This document shows, piece after piece, positions 1-7,278 of a DNA stretch of 64,000 nt (the stretch's first letter is position 1; each line of letters starts with the position of its first letter). A program made the position numbers and the translations under genes. The notes beneath the pieces are model-generated. The model was not told the origin of the DNA. It did no database searches and saw only the letters and a list, made by a program, of their open reading frames with translations. The stretch is taken from NCBI GenBank assembly GCA_034723395.1, contig JAYEOW010000004.1, positions 1-64,000 of the forward strand, given 5' to 3'. This DNA is from Candidatus Margulisiibacteriota bacterium (GTDB lineage: Bacteria > Margulisbacteria > WOR-1 > O2-12-FULL-45-9).

Positions 1-120
1 AAAATGATCAAACGGTTAAGTTTCGGCTTTCGCAATGTCCAAATTTACATCAGAAAAATGATGCTGGCGTTTATTCCCATTACTTATCTAGGAGGTTTAG
101 TTTGGCACACTTTTTGCTGA
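1..120 (+). CDS. ISL3-family transposase, C-terminal fragment (cut by window edge)
   Basis: Frame 1 reads KMIKRLSFGFRNVQIYIRKMMLAFIP...TFC*, matching the KxIKRxxxGFRN C-terminal motif of ISL3 transposases. Confidence 0.8.
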   Translation, partial: KMIKRLSFGFRNVQIYIRKMMLAFIPITYLGGLVWHTFC

Positions 121-126
121 GGAGCC
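1..126 (+). mobile_element. Right end of an ISL3-family insertion sequence
   Basis: The transposase tail ends in CACACTTTTTGCTGAGGAGCC; its reverse complement begins GGCTCC, typical of ISL3 termini. Confidence 0.7.
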
Positions 127-201
127 CCATTTATTATAAGGCGATTTTTTCAGCAGCTGTCTCCAGCCGATTTTTCCGTCAAATCGGCATTTTTTACCTT
201 T
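127..201 (+). repeat. Left 75-bp inverted repeat
   Basis: CCATTTATTATAAGGCGATTTTTTCAGCAGCTGTCTCCAGCCGATTTTTCCGTCAAATCGGCATTTTTTACCTTT, checked base by base against 1709->1635. Confidence 0.97.
166..195 (+). terminator. Intrinsic-terminator-like hairpin inside the left inverted repeat
   Basis: GCCGATTT-7nt-AAATCGGC followed by ATTTTTT. Confidence 0.45.
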
Positions 202-272
202 GTCCCGAATTTAATTCGGGACCGGCCAAAAACAAATTTTTTCTGCCCCCTATTCGGGAGGGAGGTGTCCAC

Positions 273-1769
273 ATGAAGTATATTCTCTATGCCAGGAAGT
301 CAACCGAGTCTGAGGAAAGACAAATCATGTCTATCGACGCCCAGATAGCAGAATTAAAAGAATTTGCCGCCAGAGAAAAACTTGAAATCGTCGCCTCGCT
401 CTGCGAGGCAAAAACTGCCAAAGAACCCGGACGAATAAAGTTCGCAGAAATGTTAAATTTCATTGAATCCGGAAAGGCAGAGGGAATTTTGGCTTGGCAT
501 CCCGATAGATTAGCCAGAAACTCGGTTGATGGAGGTAGAATTATCTACCTGCTGGACACAGGAAGGATGAAAGCGCTCAAATGCCCCACTTTTTGGTTTG
601 AGAACACCCCTCAAGGCAAGTTTATGCTCAACATTGCCTTTGGCCAAAGCAAGTACTTCATAGACAATCTCAGTGAGAATGTTAAACGCGGGTTCAGACA
701 GAAAGTAAGGCAAGGGCTTTGGCCATCCGGCCAGGCTCCAATTGGCTATCTGAATAACAAGACTACCCGTGGTATAGATATTGACCAAGAAAGAGCCCCT
801 CTTATTAGAAGGGCATTTGAGCACTACTCCACTGGAGACAACACGCTCAAGGTAATAGGAAGCATGCTTAAGGAAAGTGGTTTCAGAAGCCGTAAAGGTA
901 ATGCCTACTCCACTTCCTGTGTCCAGCGTATACTGCAAAATCCTGTGTACTACGGCGCAATAAGGTTCAACAACGAGATATCCGAAGGAAACCATGAGCC
1001 AATTATTTCCAAGCAACTTTTTGATCAGGCTCAAGCAGTAATGGCCAACAGAGGCAAGAAAAAGCGAAAGAGAAAGCATGAATATAGTTTTGTAGGCCTA
1101 ATGAAATGCGGCGCTTGTGACTGCGCCATTACTGCTGAAAGGCAAAAAGGACACGTGTATTACCGCTGTACAAAAAAGCGCGGTGTATGCGAAGAGAAGT
1201 ATCTCAGAGAAGAAGAATTAGCAGATCAATTCAGGGAGGTTATTCAAAAAGTTGCTTTGCCTGATGATTGGGCCAAGCTAATGTTAGCAAAACTAAGCCA
1301 GGAGAAAGCTGATGCCAACAGCAACCATCAGGCAGTTGTTCAAAATCTCCAGACTCAAAGAAAGGACATTGAACAAAAATTAGATCAATTGCTAGATTTG
1401 AAGCTCGGAGGCAGCATTGATGCCGAGGAATATCGTAATAAGAAAAACCAGCTATCTAACCAAAAAATTGGAATTGGACAAAGAATACGAGATTTTGAAC
1501 AACATGGAAATAATTGGCTCGAACCGATGAAAGCCCTCATTAATTCCTCATGCCAAGCCAAAATTCTGATCAAGACAAAAAAATATAATGATGTTCATAC
1601 ATTTCTAAAAAATATCGGCTCGAACTTTATTTTAAAAGGTAAAAAATGCCGATTTGACGGAAAAATCGGCTGGAGACAGCTGCTGAAAAAATCGCCTTAT
1701 AATAAATGGTTGGGGGAGAAGGATTCGAACCCTCACAGGCGGAGTCAGAGTCCGCTGGTCTACCATTAA
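273..1769 (+). CDS. Large serine recombinase (resolvase, recombinase, zinc ribbon and coiled-coil domains), 498 aa
   Basis: YARKS catalytic motif, DRLAR motif, CGAC...YYRC...C zinc ribbon and coiled coil; GGAGGT SD before ATG 273; C-terminus runs antisense into the tRNA. Confidence 0.95.
   Translation: MKYILYARKSTESEERQIMSIDAQIAELKEFAAREKLEIVASLCEAKTAKEPGRIKFAEMLNFIESGKAEGILAWHPDRLARNSVDGGRIIYLLDTGRMKALKCPTFWFENTPQGKFMLNIAFGQSKYFIDNLSENVKRGFRQKVRQGLWPSGQAPIGYLNNKTTRGIDIDQERAPLIRRAFEHYSTGDNTLKVIGSMLKESGFRSRKGNAYSTSCVQRILQNPVYYGAIRFNNEISEGNHEPIISKQLFDQAQAVMANRGKKKRKRKHEYSFVGLMKCGACDCAITAERQKGHVYYRCTKKRGVCEEKYLREEELADQFREVIQKVALPDDWAKLMLAKLSQEKADANSNHQAVVQNLQTQRKDIEQKLDQLLDLKLGGSIDAEEYRNKKNQLSNQKIGIGQRIRDFEQHGNNWLEPMKALINSSCQAKILIKTKKYNDVHTFLKNIGSNFILKGKKCRFDGKIGWRQLLKKSPYNKWLGEKDSNPHRRSQSPLVYH
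1635..1709 (-). repeat. Right 75-bp inverted repeat, inside the recombinase 3' end and including the tRNA CCA
   Basis: Exact reverse complement of 127-201. Confidence 0.97.
1641..1670 (-). terminator. Intrinsic-terminator-like hairpin downstream of tRNA-Gln, inside the right inverted repeat
   Basis: Same hairpin plus T tract as in the left repeat, about 36 nt after the tRNA CCA on the minus strand. Confidence 0.5.
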
Positions 1770-1780
1770 CCTATCCCCCA
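1707..1780 (-). tRNA. tRNA-Gln(CTG)
   Basis: TGGGGGA/TCCCCCA acceptor stem, GCGGA-CTCTGAC-TCCGC anticodon arm, GGTTCGAATCC T arm, encoded CCA. Confidence 0.97.
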
Positions 1781-2482
1781 TCACCACTTACGAAAACTTA
1801 TCTGCTCTGCAAATTTATACGCTTCTTTTTTCCTGGCAATTCTGACATCAACTTTTCGCCTTTGCGGATGATATCCCAAACTTTTTAATGCAAAATAAAC
1901 ATCATCTAGAAGCGACTGGGAACGATTAGAAAATTTTATCACATATGTGTAATTTTTTGAAGCCACAGTAAAATCTCCGTCTGTTTCAAAAAGCCCTTTC
2001 AAGCATCTAACCAAATAAGATTGTGAGCAAGAAATCCATGCAGGAATTTTTAAACTATGTTTTAATTTAATGCCTGTTGGAAAATCAAGCCTCTCACTAA
2101 TATATTTTTGATAAAAATAAATATCAATTGCCCTCGCATCTTTTTTCTTTCTGACTGTGGGAGTTTTACCAAAGAGCCTTTTTATCATTCTTCTTATATA
2201 TTTAATATAATCAACTTGCTCGCTAAAACATGTTACAACTATTTTTTCAGTCCTGACAAACATCTCAATACAACCATCTCCTAACATAATTCCATAGAAT
2301 TCGGCTAATAGAGGACTGATTTGTAAATTGACATATTTAGGTTTATTTTTTTGCTGCCACTCATAAAAATTAGTTTTTTCTTTTGCTGACATTGTGACAG
2401 ATATTTTCGCAACCCCAGGATGGGTCTCCTTATTAAAACCCTTATTCCAAGCTTTTTGTTTATTTTTCTTTGCAATAATCAT
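1781..2482 (-). CDS. Free-standing LAGLIDADG-family endonuclease-like protein
   Basis: Two LAGLIDADG-like motifs (FYGIMLGDG, LKGLFETDG); N-terminal AWNKG segment; AT-rich. Confidence 0.85.
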   Translation of the reverse strand: MIIAKKNKQKAWNKGFNKETHPGVAKISVTMSAKEKTNFYEWQQKNKPKYVNLQISPLLAEFYGIMLGDGCIEMFVRTEKIVVTCFSEQVDYIKYIRRMIKRLFGKTPTVRKKKDARAIDIYFYQKYISERLDFPTGIKLKHSLKIPAWISCSQSYLVRCLKGLFETDGDFTVASKNYTYVIKFSNRSQSLLDDVYFALKSLGYHPQRRKVDVRIARKKEAYKFAEQISFRKW

Positions 2483-2571
2483 AAATTCAAGGATGGCAAA
2501 TAATGTTTTATTATCTCAATAATATCGCAAAGCGACACCATCATTGGATATTGGTCATTTGTCATTGGTCA

Positions 2572-2808
2572 TTAATACGGCAAATTCCACCAATGCGGTT
2601 GAAAAACTAAGATAAATAATCCGTAAAGAACGATAAATATCGCCAGTGCGATAAAGACCTTAAATCCGCCCTTAACCGGCTCTTTCCACTTTTTATTCAT
2701 CCAATAGGCAAAAAGTAAAGCAATAATTCCGGCAATAATTACCGAAATCCCTTTAAAAGTCGGGTCCATATTCATAAACGGGATCAATTTTGTTCCAAAT
2801 TCACGCAT
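2572..2808 (-). CDS. Small two-helix membrane protein
   Basis: Two hydrophobic stretches; TTGACA-17-TAGACT promoter upstream on the minus strand. Confidence 0.7.
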   Translation of the reverse strand: MREFGTKLIPFMNMDPTFKGISVIIAGIIALLFAYWMNKKWKEPVKGGFKVFIALAIFIVLYGLFILVFQPHWWNLPY

Positions 2809-2964
2809 AATAATATCAGTCTAGCAATGCTAATAACAATTGTCAATCACGTCAAGAAGTATATCAAGAAGTAACGGCAGGCAGGCTTAATCCCCCTGGG
2901 AAACCCGAAGGGAGGGGGTGAGGGCAGGTTTGTTAATTATATTCAATAGATGTATAATTTAGTC

Positions 2965-4533
2965 ATGATCAAATGCGATTTTCTTATCGTCGGAGGCGGA
3001 ATCGCTGGATTGTCGGCTGCTTTAGAACTTTCCAAGCATGGAAAAGTTATTATTCTAACCAAAGGGAAGATCGGTGAAACTGCGACCGAAAAAGCGCAAG
3101 GCGGGATCGCTGCCGCGATCGATAAACTCCACGATTCGACCCAATTCCACTTTGAAGATACGATCGCCGCCGGCGCCGGGCTCTGCAATAGAGATGCGGT
3201 AAGGATCCTGGTCACCGAGGGGGTAAACAGGGTCCGGGAACTGATCGAGATGGGGGCCCGTTTTGACCGCGCCGAAACCGAAGCCAACGGAGGATTTGCC
3301 CTCGGACTAGAAGGAGCCCATAAACGCCGGAGAATTCTCCATGCTGGAGATACCACCGGCGAAGAGATTCAAAGAACATTGGGTTCTAAAATCATCTCAG
3401 AAAAATTGGCAGAAATAAAACAGCGCACACTTGGAATCGACCTGATTATCGAAGAAGGAAAATGCCTGGGGATCAAAGCCCTCGACCTCGAAAAAAATAA
3501 AATAGTGACTTACCTGGCCAAAGCCACCATCATCACCACCGGAGGCTTGGGCCAGGTTTATCTTTACACCACCAATCCCGAAGTTGCCACCGGCGACGGG
3601 ATCGCCATGGCCTACCGCGCTGGAGCAGAAGTTAGTGATATGGAATTTGTCCAATTCCATCCCACCTCCATGGTCCATTCTGCCGAATTAAAAGATATTA
3701 TCGCCCTCCCCCGTTTTCTCATCTCCGAAGCAGTCCGCGGTGAGGGAGCAATGCTCTTGAATAGTAACGGGGAAAGATTTATCAGCGAACTCGCCTCCCG
3801 CGATATCGTCTCTCGCGCGATCTTTAAAGAATCCCAAAAGACAGGTTCGGACCATGCCTATCTCAACCTTACAAAACTTGGAGCGGAGAAGATCAGGAAC
3901 CGCTTCCCTTTGATCTACAAGACATGTTTGGAGCGCGGATTGGATATAACCAAAGATAACATTCCGGTCGCCCCTGCCGCCCATTACTTCATGGGAGGAA
4001 TTAAAACCGATATTGACGGTAGGACCAATATCATAAACCTTTACGCCGCCGGGGAATGCTCCTCTCTGGGGATTCATGGGGCAAACCGCCTGGCCTCTAA
4101 CTCTCTCTTAGATGGCCTGGTATTCGGCCATCGCGCGGCTATCTCCGCTAAGAAAGAAAAAAAGATAGATGAGCCAACGATCAAAATCGAACACCCCAAA
4201 GCCAGCTTAGAAGAACCCGAGATCAAACGCCTGGCGCTTACGATCAAATCAATTATGTGGAAAGAGGTCGGAATTGTCAGATCGTCCGATGAGCTGCAAG
4301 ACGCCCGGCAAAAGATCAAAAACGTCCTGAAAAAGTTGGCTTTTAAGCCTACCACTAAAGAGGAAATAGAATTAAAGAACCTGGCAACAGTTGCTGAGCT
4401 TATTATTAAGGCCGCGCTCGACCGCGAAGAATCGCGCGGAGCGCACTTTAGATCTGATTTTCCTGAAACCGACGATAAAAACTGGAAAAGACACCTGGTT
4501 TATAGGGATGACTCGTCCTCCAAAACCCGTTAG
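2965..4533 (+). CDS. nadB: L-aspartate oxidase
   Basis: GGGIAG FAD motif, AQGGIAA, QFHPT, HYFMGG, GANRLASNSL; start at 2965 preferred over 2950 because TATAAT lies at 2953-2958. Confidence 0.95.
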   Translation: MIKCDFLIVGGGIAGLSAALELSKHGKVIILTKGKIGETATEKAQGGIAAAIDKLHDSTQFHFEDTIAAGAGLCNRDAVRILVTEGVNRVRELIEMGARFDRAETEANGGFALGLEGAHKRRRILHAGDTTGEEIQRTLGSKIISEKLAEIKQRTLGIDLIIEEGKCLGIKALDLEKNKIVTYLAKATIITTGGLGQVYLYTTNPEVATGDGIAMAYRAGAEVSDMEFVQFHPTSMVHSAELKDIIALPRFLISEAVRGEGAMLLNSNGERFISELASRDIVSRAIFKESQKTGSDHAYLNLTKLGAEKIRNRFPLIYKTCLERGLDITKDNIPVAPAAHYFMGGIKTDIDGRTNIINLYAAGECSSLGIHGANRLASNSLLDGLVFGHRAAISAKKEKKIDEPTIKIEHPKASLEEPEIKRLALTIKSIMWKEVGIVRSSDELQDARQKIKNVLKKLAFKPTTKEEIELKNLATVAELIIKAALDREESRGAHFRSDFPETDDKNWKRHLVYRDDSSSKTR

Positions 4534-6056
4534 GGCGTAGGAGGATAGATCCTCAACCTTCGCTTAGGCTCTTCACCCACCGATTCTGAATGCAGCCCGG
4601 CTTTATCGGTCAACTGATGCTGGAGCCGGCGGATATACGAATTTTGAGGATTAAGGTCTACCGATTTGTGAGATTGTACTACCTGCTCGATCACTTCCGA
4701 TACTTCACGCAGCGCAATATCTTCGGTCTCTTCGCGCAACCCTACCTTAAAATAAAATTTCAAAAACTTCATGATCTGCGAAGATACATTCTTTTTGATA
4801 ACGTGAATAGGAAGACCATGTTCCTTAGCCATTTTTTCGATCTTGGTCCCGGTACGTGCCTTGGATTTTGTAGTGAGGACCAGGTCCGCTTCGTCGATAT
4901 TTGACGCAATAACCGCAGGAAGCTGCATCGCCCGCATCTGTCTTTCAAGATGCCCTTTATTTACTCCAAATGGATAAATGTTAACCGGGCCGCTCCCCTT
5001 CTCTCTGCTCGCTTTCTCCAGGTCTTCTGGATTAGGCTCAGGCATCTCTTCGGGCGCCTTTTGTACCTCGATCCTTCCACCCGGTTTCCGGACCCTGATC
5101 TCAGGCCGCGGGGTCCTTTCGCGGAGGATCGTATCCACCGCTTTTGCCACGTCCGTATAGATCGCGAACTTATCCTTCTCCCTGATTTCGACCGCAATGT
5201 CAAAAGTCGGAGGAGCTTTTCTCTCCAAGATCGCCTTCTGGCTGTGGCGTCTTTTGGCCTCTTCATCGCCCAGGATCACTGATTGAATACCGCCAACCAG
5301 GTCCGATAAAGTAGGATTGCTGACGATATTTTCCAAAATAATACCGTGAGCGGTCCCGATCAGCTGAACGCCGCGCTCAGCGATCGTCCGGCAGGCAGTC
5401 GCTTCCGCTTCGGTCCCGATCTCATCCACGATCACGACTTCGGGCATATGGTTCTCAACCGCTTCGATCATCACCTTATGTTGAAGGTCAGGAGAAGATA
5501 CCTGCATCCGGCGCGCTTTCCCTATCCCCGGATGAGGAATATCTCCGTCACCGCCGATCTCGTTTGAAGTATCGACCACCACCACCCGCCTTATAAATTC
5601 ATCACTCAATACCCGCGCCGCTTCGCGGAGCTTGGTTGTTTTCCCGATCCCCGGAGGTCCCATAAAAAGAATGTTTTTACCGGATTCGATGACATCACGG
5701 ATAATATCGTTGGTCCCGTAGATCGCCCGCCCTACCCGGCAGGTGAGGCCTATGATCCTGCCAGTGCGATTGCGCATGCACGAAATACGGTGAAGGGTGC
5801 GTTCGATCCCGGCACGATTGTCCGAAGTAAATTGTCCTACCTTGCCGACGACAAACTCGATATCCTGCTGGGATACCATTTCGCCGGGGACATAAAACAT
5901 CTTCTTTTCAAAACGCGCTTCGGGCGCTTTACCGATATCCAATACGACTTCAATTAGTGAGTTGATATCCGGATTCTTAAGAAGGGCCTGTTTAATGCGC
6001 GGAGGGAGGACCTCAAGTAATCTAAGCAGTTCTTCGCCTACTTTAGCAACCATCAA
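4530..6056 (-). CDS. Ycf45/SpoIIIAA-like AAA ATPase with C-terminal R3H domain
   Basis: GPPGIGKT, VDTSNEIGGDG, DEIGT motifs; RRLQH R3H motif at the C-terminus. Confidence 0.9.
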   Translation of the reverse strand: MMVAKVGEELLRLLEVLPPRIKQALLKNPDINSLIEVVLDIGKAPEARFEKKMFYVPGEMVSQQDIEFVVGKVGQFTSDNRAGIERTLHRISCMRNRTGRIIGLTCRVGRAIYGTNDIIRDVIESGKNILFMGPPGIGKTTKLREAARVLSDEFIRRVVVVDTSNEIGGDGDIPHPGIGKARRMQVSSPDLQHKVMIEAVENHMPEVVIVDEIGTEAEATACRTIAERGVQLIGTAHGIILENIVSNPTLSDLVGGIQSVILGDEEAKRRHSQKAILERKAPPTFDIAVEIREKDKFAIYTDVAKAVDTILRERTPRPEIRVRKPGGRIEVQKAPEEMPEPNPEDLEKASREKGSGPVNIYPFGVNKGHLERQMRAMQLPAVIASNIDEADLVLTTKSKARTGTKIEKMAKEHGLPIHVIKKNVSSQIMKFLKFYFKVGLREETEDIALREVSEVIEQVVQSHKSVDLNPQNSYIRRLQHQLTDKAGLHSESVGEEPKRRLRIYPPTP

Positions 6057-6064
6057 AATTTAGT

Positions 6065-6343
6065 TTATTTACCTTTTACAGCTTTCTTCAGGTTTATCCC
6101 GGGAACAAAGGCGGGGGCTTTCGATTCTCCAATCGTAATCTTTTCACCAGTTTGAGGATTCCTACCGATCCTCCCTTTCCGTCCTCTAACCAGGAAATTA
6201 CCAAAACCTACCAGTCTTACCTTTTCGCCCTTTACTAATGCTTCTGAAATCAAGCCGGTTACCGCATCGATAACTCGTTCGGCCTGGGCCTTGGTAATTC
6301 CAACCTTACTACCAACCTTCCCTGCTAATTGTTTTTTATTCAT
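6065..6343 (-). CDS. hup: HU-family DNA-binding protein
   Basis: MNKKQL...GFGNF...GRNPQTG; ATGA overlap with the porB stop. Confidence 0.93.
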   Translation of the reverse strand: MNKKQLAGKVGSKVGITKAQAERVIDAVTGLISEALVKGEKVRLVGFGNFLVRGRKGRIGRNPQTGEKITIGESKAPAFVPGINLKKAVKGK

Positions 6344-7278
6344 GCCGATCCTCCCGTTTTTTCGCCACAACGATCAAGTAAGATCTCCCAATTCTTATCT
6401 ATATCTGCCTGGATCTCTTCAAGGATCTTTTCGTTCCCTGGCTTAAACAGATGCCTGAACCTGTCTTGATATCTTAAAAGCTCAACCACCGGTTTCTTCT
6501 CTCTCGGCTTCATATTGACCTTCCATTTTCCATCCTCTACTTCATAAAGCGGCCACATGCAGGTTTGGACCGCCAAACGCGCGATCTCCATCGTAAGCTC
6601 CGGTTTGTAAGCCCAACCCAGACGGCAAGGCTGCAGGACGTTTAAGAATTTTGGCCCCGGGACCGAAAAAGCCTTTTCCGCTTTACGGATAAGGTCCACA
6701 TAATATCCGGCGGATGCCTGCGCGACGTATGGAATATTATGCGCCGCCATTATCCCGGTCAAATCTTTACGCGGGCGCATCTTCCCCGGACGAACCTTTC
6801 CCGCCGGTTCGGTAGTTGTACTCGCTCCCATCGGCGTAGCTCCCGACCTCTGGATCCCGGTATTCATGTACGCTTCATTGTTGTAACAAACGTAAAGCAG
6901 GTTATGTCCCCTTTCCATTGCTCCGGAGAGCGATTGGAACCCGATATCATAGGTACCGCCGTCACCGCCAAAGGCAACGACATTGATCGGCCCCTTTGTC
7001 TTCCCCTTCTTCCTTAACGCCTCGTAAGCCGCTTCTATTCCCGAGGCGGTAGCGGCAGAATTCTCAAAAGCATTATGCAGAAACGGCACTTTCCAGGCTG
7101 TATACGGAAAAATAGTTGTAGAAACCTCCAAACAACCGGTGGCACAAACTACAACGACCGGATCCTTGGAGGCCATTAAGATCATCTTTACGATTTGAGG
7201 AAAACCACAGCCGGCACAGGCGCGATGCCCTCCAGTTAACGGTTCTTTTCGCTTAGCTAACTCTTTTATACTTACCAT
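6340..7278 (-). CDS. porB: Pyruvate:ferredoxin oxidoreductase beta subunit
   Basis: GHRACAGC, GGDGG TPP motif, NNEAYMNTGIQRS. Confidence 0.93.
   Translation of the reverse strand: MVSIKELAKRKEPLTGGHRACAGCGFPQIVKMILMASKDPVVVVCATGCLEVSTTIFPYTAWKVPFLHNAFENSAATASGIEAAYEALRKKGKTKGPINVVAFGGDGGTYDIGFQSLSGAMERGHNLLYVCYNNEAYMNTGIQRSGATPMGASTTTEPAGKVRPGKMRPRKDLTGIMAAHNIPYVAQASAGYYVDLIRKAEKAFSVPGPKFLNVLQPCRLGWAYKPELTMEIARLAVQTCMWPLYEVEDGKWKVNMKPREKKPVVELLRYQDRFRHLFKPGNEKILEEIQADIDKNWEILLDRCGEKTGGSA

Larger units (their letters stand above)
127..1709. mobile_element. 1583-bp recombinase-only element bounded by perfect 75-bp inverted repeats, at the tRNA-Gln 3' end
   Basis: 127-201 is the exact reverse complement of 1635-1709; the only gene between them is a large serine recombinase. 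Confidence 0.7.

Noticed and set aside
102..272. 57-aa N-terminal extension of the recombinase in the ORF track
   Set aside because: It spans the IS end and the left repeat; the SD and catalytic domain point to ATG 273.
1..1706. Direct-repeat copy of the tRNA 3' end marking a conventional island boundary
   Set aside because: None is visible in the window; only CCA is shared, in inverted orientation. One could lie further upstream.
1781..2482. LAGLIDADG ORF as part of an intron or intein
   Set aside because: The tRNA is uninterrupted, there is no flanking extein, and no splice motifs are visible.
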